Source of the DNA: Syntrophales bacterium
GTDB taxonomy: Bacteria > Desulfobacterota > Syntrophia > Syntrophales > UBA2192
Length of the DNA: 64,000 nt
Assembly (NCBI GenBank): GCA_036725345.1
Contig: DAIMEJ010000003.1
Location: forward strand, 25,553-89,552
Direction of reading: 5' to 3'
Made by a program: the position numbers and the translations under genes. Position 1 is the first letter of the stretch. Every line of letters begins with the position of its first letter. This document shows, piece by piece, positions 55,876-64,000 of this stretch. A model generated the notes under the pieces. It ran no database searches. It was given only the letters and a program-made list of their open reading frames with translations, and had not been told where the DNA came from.

Positions 55876-57525
55876 ATGTTGCACCCCCTGGCCGGGAAGC
55901 CGGCGCCGCCGGACATGCTGGTCGATGTCCCGAAGCTGGTGAGCGCCTATTACGACCTTCACCCCGATGCGTCGGATCCGCTTCAGCACGTCGCCTTCGG
56001 GACGTCGGGACACCGGGGCTCATCTTTCTCGAGGAGCTTCAACGAGGATCACATCCTGGCCATCAGCCGGGCCGTCTGTGAATTTCGATCCTCCAGGGGC
56101 ATCACGGGGCCGCTTTTTCTCGGTACGGACACCCACGCCCTCTCGGAACCCGCGTTCGCGACGGCCCTCGAGGTCCTGGCGGCCTGTGGCGTGGATGTCA
56201 TGATACAGAAAGGACGCGGCCACACGCCGACACCGGTGATCTCGCATGCCATCGTCACGTACAACCGGGGCCGGGAGTCGGGGCTGGCCGACGGGATCGT
56301 GATCACGCCCTCCCACAACCCCCCGGAGGACGGAGGGTTCAAATACAACCCCCCTCACGGCGGTCCGGCCGATGTGGACATCACCCGGTGGGTGGAGGCG
56401 AGAGCCAATGATCTCATCAGGAAAGGGGTTGGAGAGGTGAAACGCCTTCCCTTCGGGAAAGCACGCCGGGCGGCCACCACCCACGAACACGATTACGTCA
56501 GGCCCTTCGTGGAAGATCTGCAGAACGTCGTCGAAACCGATGTCATCCGGGACAGGGGCATCCGGATTGCCGCGGACCCCATGGGCGGGTCGTCCGTCGC
56601 CTTCTGGGATTCCATCGCGGAGCGATATCAATTTCGGATCGACGTCGTCAACCGGCACGTCGATCCGACTTTTTCTTTCATGACCCTGGACCATGACGGC
56701 AAGATCCGAACGGACTGCTCCTCGCCGTACGCCATGGCCCGGCTCATCGCCCTGAAAGATCGCTACGACATCGCTTTCGGCAACGATGCCGACTGCGATC
56801 GCCATGGCATCGTGACCCGGGGCGCGGGGCTCATGAACCCCAATCACTATCTGGCCGTCTCCATCTGGTACCTTTTCCGCAACAGGCGAGGGTGGCGGCA
56901 GGATGCCGCCGTCGGCAAGACGCTCGTCTCCAGCGGCATGATCGACCGCGTGGCCGCGCACCTGGGCAGGAAGCTCTTCGAAGTGCCCGTCGGTTTCAAG
57001 TGGTTCGTCGGGGGTTTGATGGATGGAACCTGCGGCTTCGGCGGCGAGGAAAGCGCCGGGGCTGCCTTTTTGCGCAAGGACGGCGCGGTCTGGACGACGG
57101 ACAAGGACGGCATCATCATGGCTCTGCTGTCTGCGGAGATCACCGCCGCTACGGGACGGGACCCCGCCGAACACTACGAGGCCCTGACCGGGATGTTCGG
57201 GACCCCCTTTTACGAACGGGTGGACCTGCCGGCCTCTCCGGAACAGAAGGCGGCCGTCGGGAAACTCTCGCCGGATGACCTGTCGGTCAATGAAATAGCC
57301 GGGGAGAAGATCCTCGCCAGGCTGACAAGTGCGCCGGCGAATAACGCCTCCATCGGCGGGCTGAAGGTCGTCACCGAAAACGGGTGGTTCGCCGTGCGGC
57401 CCTCCGGGACGGAGAACGTCCTCAAGGTCTACGCGGAGAGCTTCAGGGGCCGGGCGCATCTTGAAAGGATCCAGGATGAAGCCCGGCGGGTGATTGAAGA
57501 AGCCTGCCGGAAGTCGGGTGAATGA
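55876..57525 (+). CDS. pgm: Phosphoglucomutase (alpha-D-glucose-1,6-bisphosphate dependent)
   Basis: FGTSGHRG, TPSHNPP, GFKYNP, NDADCDRH, VPVGFKWF, GEESAG, RPSGTE. Confidence 0.95.
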   Translation: MLHPLAGKPAPPDMLVDVPKLVSAYYDLHPDASDPLQHVAFGTSGHRGSSFSRSFNEDHILAISRAVCEFRSSRGITGPLFLGTDTHALSEPAFATALEVLAACGVDVMIQKGRGHTPTPVISHAIVTYNRGRESGLADGIVITPSHNPPEDGGFKYNPPHGGPADVDITRWVEARANDLIRKGVGEVKRLPFGKARRAATTHEHDYVRPFVEDLQNVVETDVIRDRGIRIAADPMGGSSVAFWDSIAERYQFRIDVVNRHVDPTFSFMTLDHDGKIRTDCSSPYAMARLIALKDRYDIAFGNDADCDRHGIVTRGAGLMNPNHYLAVSIWYLFRNRRGWRQDAAVGKTLVSSGMIDRVAAHLGRKLFEVPVGFKWFVGGLMDGTCGFGGEESAGAAFLRKDGAVWTTDKDGIIMALLSAEITAATGRDPAEHYEALTGMFGTPFYERVDLPASPEQKAAVGKLSPDDLSVNEIAGEKILARLTSAPANNASIGGLKVVTENGWFAVRPSGTENVLKVYAESFRGRAHLERIQDEARRVIEEACRKSGE

Positions 57526-58330
57526 TTCCGCGGGGAAGGAGGGCTTGTTGAAACATCGGCTTCAGGACGTCAGGGTTCTGCAAAGACTCGTCGGCTCGCT
57601 GGCCCGGAAAGAAGTCCCGCCGTCGCCGCCGGGGCGTCTCACGCTCGAGATCGGGAGATTCTTCCTCGGGGCGCCGTACGCTTCGGGCACACTCGAATCG
57701 AGGGGGCCCGAGCGCCTCGTCGTCAACTTGAGGGCGTTCGACTGCTTCACCTTCGTTGAAAACGCGGTGGCCCTCACCCGGCTTCTTCAATCGAAGGATC
57801 GATCTTTCGCACGTTTCGAGAAGCTGCTCCGGGAGATCCGGTATCGCGGGGGCCGCCTCAGGGGATACCCCTCGAGGCTTCACTATTTTTCAGAATGGAT
57901 CAACGACAACGGGAAAAAGGGTTTCCTGAGGGATGTCACGTCTGCGGCGGGGGGGAGGCGGGTCCGGATGAACATCCGATACATGACGGAGCACCGGGAC
58001 GCCTATCCCGCGATGAGGGACGAAAACAACATGAAAAGGATGCTTGCCGTCGAGAGAACGCTCAGCCGAAGGACGTTGTCCGTAGTGCCGAAGAGGGCCC
58101 TGAGACGACTGGAGGGGCGGATTCGCGACGGCGATGTGATAGCCATCGCGACGAGCCGGGGGGGACTCGATGTTCAACACGTCGGTCTCGCGGCGAGGGT
58201 GCGCGGAAGGATCCATCTGCTTCACGCCTCGAGCGTGCACGGGAAGGTCGTTCTGTCGCGAGAGACGCTGCACCGCTACCTCTCGCGCAGCCGCGGGCGC
58301 ACGGGGGTCCTGGTGGCGCGGGTTTCCTGA
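57518..58330 (+). CDS. DUF1460 / AmiA-like N-acetylmuramoyl-L-alanine amidase (NlpC/P60 superfamily)
   Basis: FLGAPY, VNLRAFDCFTFVE, RYRGG, RLHYFSEW, GLDVQHVG, HASS; start uncertain (57494 TTG or 57518 GTG). Confidence 0.82.
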   Translation: MNDSAGKEGLLKHRLQDVRVLQRLVGSLARKEVPPSPPGRLTLEIGRFFLGAPYASGTLESRGPERLVVNLRAFDCFTFVENAVALTRLLQSKDRSFARFEKLLREIRYRGGRLRGYPSRLHYFSEWINDNGKKGFLRDVTSAAGGRRVRMNIRYMTEHRDAYPAMRDENNMKRMLAVERTLSRRTLSVVPKRALRRLEGRIRDGDVIAIATSRGGLDVQHVGLAARVRGRIHLLHASSVHGKVVLSRETLHRYLSRSRGRTGVLVARVS

Positions 58331-58333
58331 ATG

Positions 58334-59839
58334 TCACCATGCCATGGCTTCGATGGCCTTTATGACGGCCTTTTCGTCGAGGGAGACTTCCCTGTAGATA
58401 TTCTCCACCGCGGCCGCGTCGAGTCTCTGAAAATCCTTCTCCACAGGGGTGATCACGGTACCGGCCATGTCGATGATCCCCGGGCTGACGACGACCCGAT
58501 CGGCGCCTTCCCTGAAAAAAGCGTCCGGACGATGTTTTCGCCGGGGGAAAATCAAAAGACGCCATCGGCCGCCTTTCAGGAAAGCGGCGATGTTCAGCAT
58601 CGGCTCCTCGGCGATGGCCAGCGTTTTCCTGAGGGATGCCGTAAGTCCCCGGAAGGCGTCAGCCATTCTCTCCGGATCATCGCCCTCGAGGACCAATACT
58701 TCCCGCCCCAGTTTTATCGCCCGGTGGAGGGTGACACCGTCCGACTCCTTCATTAAAACCCGTCTTTTTTCTTCTTCGATTTCCGGTCCGATGGACATCG
58801 TCTTCGAGGGGCCGGCCTGAAGGTGCAGATGATCCGGCGCGGAAGCCCCGCACCCGGCGCCGTTATAGAGTATCGCCCAGGCGGGACCGAAATCCGCCGC
58901 GAGCCGCAGGAGGGTCCGGATGTTCGGATCGATGAGCTGGGCCCGGTGGTCGATGTGGGAGATCGTGAAGTGGAAATGAAAAACGGGCATGGGGTTGCAC
59001 AGGATCAGAAACGCCTCGCGATAAAGGACCCCCGCCTGGGGCCCGGGGAGGTTTTCCACGCAGAGGAAACAGGGACGGTTCCGGATGGCCTCGGCGTTCA
59101 GGACGGCCGTGCTGCTCTTGATCCTCGCGGGATTGAACTGGAGGTGCACCGTGTAACCCCCGCACGGCACTTCCCTGTCCTTGACTGTCTTCAACTGCTC
59201 GTAACCTTCCCGTAAATCGTCCCATTGGCGCTTCTGCCCCGAGAGCAGGTCGAGGCACAGGTCCGTGAGGCTGCGTTCGTTCGGGCCACCCTCGAAGGCA
59301 GCCAGAATCTTTCGTCCCTCTGCCGGGGTTCTCTGTCTGCTTCCCGTCCTCTTGTAGCCGACAAAGTGGCTGACCGTCGTTTTGCCCATGGTGAAGGGTT
59401 CTTCGCGTGTGAATTGGAAACCCGCTTTTTCGTAAAAACGAAGCGCCCGGCCGTTCTGAACCATCACGCCGACGAGGATTTCCCCGACATGTCTTTCGGC
59501 GGCGTGTTCCTCCACCGCCTTCATGAGTCGCTTTCCAATCCCCCGGCCCTGGACGTCGGGCAGAAGATAGAACGCGGTGAGGTAGAGGCGTTTTTCTTTC
59601 CTGTTGAAGTGGGTCCTGGCGTAGCCGACCGCGCGACCACCGACCTCTGCGATGCAGCCATGCGCTGAAGGGTCGATGAAAAGGGCCGAGAAAGCCCCTC
59701 GTTCGTAGTATATGTCGAAATAAGCCTTGAGATCCGTCTCGGGAATGAAGCTCGAGTAGGCGCTGAGCCAGGAAAGCCAGGTGATTCTGCGAAGGTCTTC
59801 CAGGTCGGTTTTCAACCAGGGCCGAATGATGATTTCCAC
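58334..59839 (-). CDS. GNAT acetyltransferase fused to DUF4922 (HIT-superfamily nucleotidyltransferase/phosphorylase-like)
   Basis: N-term FYLLPDVQGRGIG...ALRFYEKAGF (GNAT); C-term LQFNPARIKSS, RPCFLC, LCNPMP, GASAPDHLHLQ, VSPGIIDMAG. Confidence 0.82.
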   Translation of the reverse strand: MEIIIRPWLKTDLEDLRRITWLSWLSAYSSFIPETDLKAYFDIYYERGAFSALFIDPSAHGCIAEVGGRAVGYARTHFNRKEKRLYLTAFYLLPDVQGRGIGKRLMKAVEEHAAERHVGEILVGVMVQNGRALRFYEKAGFQFTREEPFTMGKTTVSHFVGYKRTGSRQRTPAEGRKILAAFEGGPNERSLTDLCLDLLSGQKRQWDDLREGYEQLKTVKDREVPCGGYTVHLQFNPARIKSSTAVLNAEAIRNRPCFLCVENLPGPQAGVLYREAFLILCNPMPVFHFHFTISHIDHRAQLIDPNIRTLLRLAADFGPAWAILYNGAGCGASAPDHLHLQAGPSKTMSIGPEIEEEKRRVLMKESDGVTLHRAIKLGREVLVLEGDDPERMADAFRGLTASLRKTLAIAEEPMLNIAAFLKGGRWRLLIFPRRKHRPDAFFREGADRVVVSPGIIDMAGTVITPVEKDFQRLDAAAVENIYREVSLDEKAVIKAIEAMAW

Positions 59840-59848
59840 TTTACCTGT

Positions 59849-61366
59849 CTACACTCCTCGGTTGATTTTCTGACGGGCCTGGATTTCCCCTGTGCGGACC
59901 TCGTCTTTGAAGGCGTTATTGCGGTTCGTCTCCTCGATGCCCGGAGATGCGTCGGTATTGCCCGGCCACCGCCGGCACCAGTAGAGGTTTTCATAAATTC
60001 TGCCGATCCGGTACTCGCGGCAGACGCGCAGGGCCACGGCGTAATCCTCGCCGTAACTGACGTTGGGGAACCCGATCTTCCGCATGAGGTGCGTGTTGAA
60101 TGCCCTCGGGGCCCCCAGCCCGTTGACGCGAAGGGCGTTGTTGCGGCCGTTCTCGTCGGTCCATTCCCGGTGGTCGATGAGGCCCGGCGGTATTTCCTCC
60201 AGGTCGGCGTTCACGAGCGTGTAGGAGCCGATGACCATGGCGAAACCGCCCTGGCGAAAAAGATCCATGATCTTCTGGAGCGAGTCGCGGCCGCTGTAGA
60301 GGTCGTCGGAGTCGAGCTGTACGGCGTAGCGCCCGCAGGCCTCGGAGAAGAGCGCCTCGTTCCAGCACCCGCCGATGCCGAGGTCGCGCCGCCCCGGGAT
60401 GACGTGTTTCAGGGCGGAATGCCGCCGCGCGAGGTCCCTCAGGACAGCGGTGGTCCCATCCGCCGAGTGGTTGTCGACGACGATGACGTTGAAGGGGAAG
60501 TCCGCCTGTTGCGAGAGGGCGCTTTTCACGGCACCGGCGATGGTTTCTTTCCGGTTCCGGACGGGGATGATGACGCTTGCCTCCACCGGGAAGGGGTAAG
60601 GGACCCGTTCCACCTCCTTGAAATCCGGCGCCAGATAGGCGTCGATCTTCTTGAGATAATCCGTGAAGACGGATTCCATCTCCTTCTGTGCAGCCGCGTT
60701 TCGGGGGTCGACGTAGGAGAAGAGTTTCTGAGCGCCCGTCGGCCCATCCGGCACGGACGAGGCATAGAGGGCCTTCCGGATATGGTGGACGGGGTGGTCG
60801 ATGGAGACCTTGAGGCGGAGGTCGTAGAGGCCGGCATGTTCAACCTCCGGGGTGTCCCCGTATTTCGCGAGAGCCGTCCGGGCGGCGTCAAGGGAGAAGA
60901 GCACCATGGGGCCGAAATCGAAATCGTCGCGGACGCTCCCCGGCTGGTAGTCGTTGAGCGGGTGGTAAATTTCCCGGGATCCGTCGAGGTCATAAAAGTC
61001 CGAGTAGGCCACGCCGGCGGACGTTTTTACGGCGGTGTCGCATAATCGCTTCAGGGTGTTGCCCGCAAGGCGGATGTCTCTCGAAGGGGGAGGGAGGAAA
61101 AGGAGCCAGGGCGTCCTGCAGGCCTCTGAAATGAACGAGATGGTCCGGTTCGAAAAAAAACCCTGAGAGGCAATCCGCCTGCAGCGGTCCCTGGAAAACG
61201 GCTCCTCCTCTGGACAGAGAACCGCCACCTCCTCGACGGGATCGGAGGCAAGAAAAGCATCCAGAATTTTTTTAAAGAAAGGTTCCCGGCTGAAAGGGAT
61301 CAACACGGTGAGGGGTTTCACGCTCGTCTCTCCCCGGCGATGAATCGGCTGGCGGGATCCTACCAC
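59849..61366 (-). CDS. Glycosyltransferase family 2 protein with duplicated (N-terminal degenerate) GT-A domain
   Basis: YSDFY, DDFDFG, SVIIPVRNR, VVDNHSADGT, LGIGGCWN, QLDSDDLY, YGEDYA. Confidence 0.85.
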   Translation of the reverse strand: MVGSRQPIHRRGETSVKPLTVLIPFSREPFFKKILDAFLASDPVEEVAVLCPEEEPFSRDRCRRIASQGFFSNRTISFISEACRTPWLLFLPPPSRDIRLAGNTLKRLCDTAVKTSAGVAYSDFYDLDGSREIYHPLNDYQPGSVRDDFDFGPMVLFSLDAARTALAKYGDTPEVEHAGLYDLRLKVSIDHPVHHIRKALYASSVPDGPTGAQKLFSYVDPRNAAAQKEMESVFTDYLKKIDAYLAPDFKEVERVPYPFPVEASVIIPVRNRKETIAGAVKSALSQQADFPFNVIVVDNHSADGTTAVLRDLARRHSALKHVIPGRRDLGIGGCWNEALFSEACGRYAVQLDSDDLYSGRDSLQKIMDLFRQGGFAMVIGSYTLVNADLEEIPPGLIDHREWTDENGRNNALRVNGLGAPRAFNTHLMRKIGFPNVSYGEDYAVALRVCREYRIGRIYENLYWCRRWPGNTDASPGIEETNRNNAFKDEVRTGEIQARQKINRGV

Positions 61367-61414
61367 ATCCCGCCGTCTGAGGCACGCTGAACTTCGGGGG
61401 GATGACCCTGCAGC

Positions 61415-64000
61415 CTATTTCAGCTTGAATTCCACCCGGCTTTGCAGCGCCTTCCCCTTCGTCGAGGGAGAGAGGGAATTCGGTTCGACGACGAAGATCC
61501 GATCGGCCGTGATCTTCTCCGATTCGAGGAGATACTCCTTGACGCTTTCAGCCCGCTCCGACGCGAGGAGTCTCAGGTCGCTGTCGCTCACCTTGGCGTT
61601 CGTCAAAAAGAGCTTCTCCATCTCCGCGGCTGGGAGAGTCTTCGCCATCCCGATGATGTTCCTCGGTTTCGGGAATTTCTCCGCCTTGTACACCAGGGTG
61701 AGGTACTTCTCGTATTCCGCCGGCGTGATCACAACGTCCTCCACCGGCACGGCCGGCTCGCCCTTCCGGATCATATCGTTGAGTTTCTGCGCTTTTAATT
61801 TCTGGTCGAGCATGGCGTGTTTCAGTCCCTCGGTGTCTTTTTCCGGATCGACGTAACCCTCGATGTCCATCTTGAGGACGGGTCTTTCGTCGAGGGCCTT
61901 GACGAGGACGTCCAATTTCTTCTCGGCCGCCGCCGTGATGTCGGAACTGCCGGGCCCGAATTCCACGTAACCGAGCTCCTCGCCTCCCCCGAAGAGGGAC
62001 CCGAGGAGGGCGAAGGGGGCCGTGACGGCCTTGGTGATGAGGTTGACGATCACCTGCCAGATGATGGGCCAGATGCTGAATTTCGGGTCGTCGAGACTGC
62101 CCGAGAGGGGAACATCAAGGTTGATCTGGCCGTTGCGGTCCTTGAGCAGGGAAACGGCGGTCGTGACGGGGAGCTTGATGGCGTCGGGGCTTTCGACCTT
62201 GTCCCCGAAGGTCAGTTGATCGAAGAAAAACTTGTTCTGGGCCGTCAGCTTGTTCCCCTCGATCAGGTACTTCACGTCGAAAGTCAGCTTCCCCTTTGCA
62301 ATGGTGTACCCGAGGTATTTGATGGAATAGGGCGTTGCGGGGCTGAGTTCGATGTCCTTGAAGGAAACATTCATGTCCACGTACCGGTCCTTGATCAGGG
62401 GATTGATGGTGCCCTTGACATCGATGGGAGACCCCCGGCCCAGGTTCCCCTTGAGATCGACTTTGGCCCGCGAGATTTCCTCGGAGGAAAGCCCGGTGAT
62501 GCTCCCCGACATGTTGAGCATCTTCGCCGTGTAATTCGGCTTGATGAAATTGTCCGTGAAGTCGATGGTCCCGCCCTGGAGGGTCACCTTGCCGATTTTG
62601 ATGTTCGGTGGAACCTCCGCGGCCTTCGCGGGTCCGGGCTCTTTGGCTGCCGGCTCCGCGGGCTTTTCGGCCTTTCCGGGTTCTTCCTCTTCCCCCTTTT
62701 CCTTGCCGAAGATCTGCTGCACGTTTCTCGTGCCGTCGGGATTGATGATGAAGCGCACGTAGAAGTCGGACAGGGCAATGCCCTTGATGTTGACGGACAT
62801 CGGGTTATGACCGACATCGAGCTGATCAAAGAAGAGAGACTTCCATTTGAGGAAATCGTTGGCGTTGGCCTTGTCGATGGAGGCAAAGTCGGCGACGAGG
62901 ACATTGCCGGCGTATTTTGCTGTCGGCGAACCCTCGCTACCCTGGACGACGCTGAGGGTCCCCTTCGTGGAAATGCCCCCCCGCGTCACGTTGATTCTCG
63001 CTTTGTCGGTGAAATAGGGCTGGAACGGCCGGATGGCAAAATTTTTCATGTCGATGTCAAACTCGGCGGCGACCGGTTCGATGCCGATAGGACCCTTTAC
63101 GGAGACGGTCCCTTTTTGATCAACGGTCAATGAAAGGTCTATGGTGCCCTTGGCCCCCGGCGCGGTGGAGAGGTTTTCTCCCCGGAAATTCAGAGGATCG
63201 ACCTTGATCGTCACCGTCTCCTCTGGGACCATGTCGATGAAGGTTATTTTCCCGCCCTCGATCTTGAGTGAATCGATCCTCGCGGACAACGGTTTTTCAG
63301 CCTTTTTTTCCAGCTCTTTCCCGGCCTTGACGAGGGGTCTGGGGTAGATCAGTTCTCCTTCTTTAGTCCGCCGGACGACGATGTCAGGCGACTGAAACGC
63401 CAAACTTGAGAGGTGGATGGCCGGCACGAGCGGCTCCACGGAAGCCATGGTGATCTTCAGGGAGGGGTAGCGGATAATCTTGTTGTTTTGCAGATCATCT
63501 ATGGCGGTATTTCTCAGTTCGACGTCACCAGTGATCTTAAGAACCGGCGGCTTGTTCTTGAACCGGGTGAAAGAGAGGCTCGACGTTGTGTCGACGACCG
63601 CCGAAACTATCTTGAAGTTTGTCTTCACGGGAATGTATTTAGCGTAATAGGGGATGTCGAGGTCCTGGATGTTGACGTCGAAGGTCGTTTCGAGTGAATC
63701 CTTGAAGGGTTTCGTCTTCCCTTCCAGCTTGAAGGGGTCGCCGTTGATGACGGCCGAGAATTTCGGCTCCGTGTAGTCATCGATGTAGTAAGCGAGATCG
63801 GAGACGAAGGGGATGGAGACGTTGAGCTCCCTCACGGTGTGATTCGTGTCTTTCGGCCCGTCCCAGAAATCCACGCTCCCGTTGACGACATGGATGTTGT
63901 GGATCATAAAACGGGGCAGAGGTTTTTCTTCCTTCGGCTTTTCCTCTTTCGGGAGGAGATCCGAGAAATTGTAGGATTCGTCCGCGTTCCTGGCGATGTG
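61415..64000 (-). CDS. DUF748/AsmA-like repeat envelope protein with C-terminal OmpA-like region (5' truncated by window edge)
   Basis: Frame open to window end; repeated beta-rich modules (IDFTD, GKLTFD), LLKDRNGQINLDVPLSGSLDDP, AVTAPFALL, RVEFKLK. Confidence 0.82.
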   Translation of the reverse strand, partial: HIARNADESYNFSDLLPKEEKPKEEKPLPRFMIHNIHVVNGSVDFWDGPKDTNHTVRELNVSIPFVSDLAYYIDDYTEPKFSAVINGDPFKLEGKTKPFKDSLETTFDVNIQDLDIPYYAKYIPVKTNFKIVSAVVDTTSSLSFTRFKNKPPVLKITGDVELRNTAIDDLQNNKIIRYPSLKITMASVEPLVPAIHLSSLAFQSPDIVVRRTKEGELIYPRPLVKAGKELEKKAEKPLSARIDSLKIEGGKITFIDMVPEETVTIKVDPLNFRGENLSTAPGAKGTIDLSLTVDQKGTVSVKGPIGIEPVAAEFDIDMKNFAIRPFQPYFTDKARINVTRGGISTKGTLSVVQGSEGSPTAKYAGNVLVADFASIDKANANDFLKWKSLFFDQLDVGHNPMSVNIKGIALSDFYVRFIINPDGTRNVQQIFGKEKGEEEEPGKAEKPAEPAAKEPGPAKAAEVPPNIKIGKVTLQGGTIDFTDNFIKPNYTAKMLNMSGSITGLSSEEISRAKVDLKGNLGRGSPIDVKGTINPLIKDRYVDMNVSFKDIELSPATPYSIKYLGYTIAKGKLTFDVKYLIEGNKLTAQNKFFFDQLTFGDKVESPDAIKLPVTTAVSLLKDRNGQINLDVPLSGSLDDPKFSIWPIIWQVIVNLITKAVTAPFALLGSLFGGGEELGYVEFGPGSSDITAAAEKKLDVLVKALDERPVLKMDIEGYVDPEKDTEGLKHAMLDQKLKAQKLNDMIRKGEPAVPVEDVVITPAEYEKYLTLVYKAEKFPKPRNIIGMAKTLPAAEMEKLFLTNAKVSDSDLRLLASERAESVKEYLLESEKITADRIFVVEPNSLSPSTKGKALQSRVEFKLK

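Noticed and set aside
1-64000. Prophage, IS elements, tRNA/rRNA, defence systems
   Set aside because: No integrase, transposase, terminal inverted repeats with target duplication, structural RNA or defence-domain ORFs were recognised

Overview
Bacterial chromosomal window, most consistent with an anaerobic Deltaproteobacterium/Desulfobacterota-like organism (inferred from gene content; GC-rich coding regions). No rRNA, tRNA, CRISPR array or transposase was seen. 1-21.8 kb is housekeeping: ugd, peptide ABC permeases, tatD, and a TPP-riboswitch-led, archaeal-style thiamine operon (thiD-thiN fusion, His-type thi4, thiC), then an acyltransferase, an RNA methyltransferase, UPF0182, a SPOR-NlpC/P60 lipoprotein, azlCD, xth, three Hsp20 genes and yjbQ. 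22.4-53.7 kb is a ~31 kb type IV pilus super-locus. It has (i) an assembly operon (fused PilM-PilN, PilO, PilP-like, lipoprotein secretin, ExeA/MshM-like ATPase, PilB, PilC); (ii) a membrane-anchored sigma-54 activator with no receiver domain, followed by a sigma-54 promoter and the major pilin; (iii) an 8-gene reverse-strand glycosylation operon with two TMTC-like GT-C/TPR proteins, a flippase-like protein, two methyltransferases, two GT2s and a divergent UDP-GlcNAc 2-epimerase; (iv) an ECF sigma/anti-sigma pair leading minor pilins, the last being a 1264-aa ORF with two prepilin cleavage sites separated by an internal CFI-box-CTERM-like domain; (v) two tandem PilT paralogs. The two best candidates for an undescribed system are the TMTC-like pilin O-glycosylation pathway and the pilin polyprotein. 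53.9-64 kb holds a rubredoxin-like protein, an SDR, a SprT-like protease, pgm, a DUF1460 amidase, a GNAT-DUF4922 fusion, a GT2 and a partial DUF748 gene. All family assignments come from motif recognition by eye; no database search was run.
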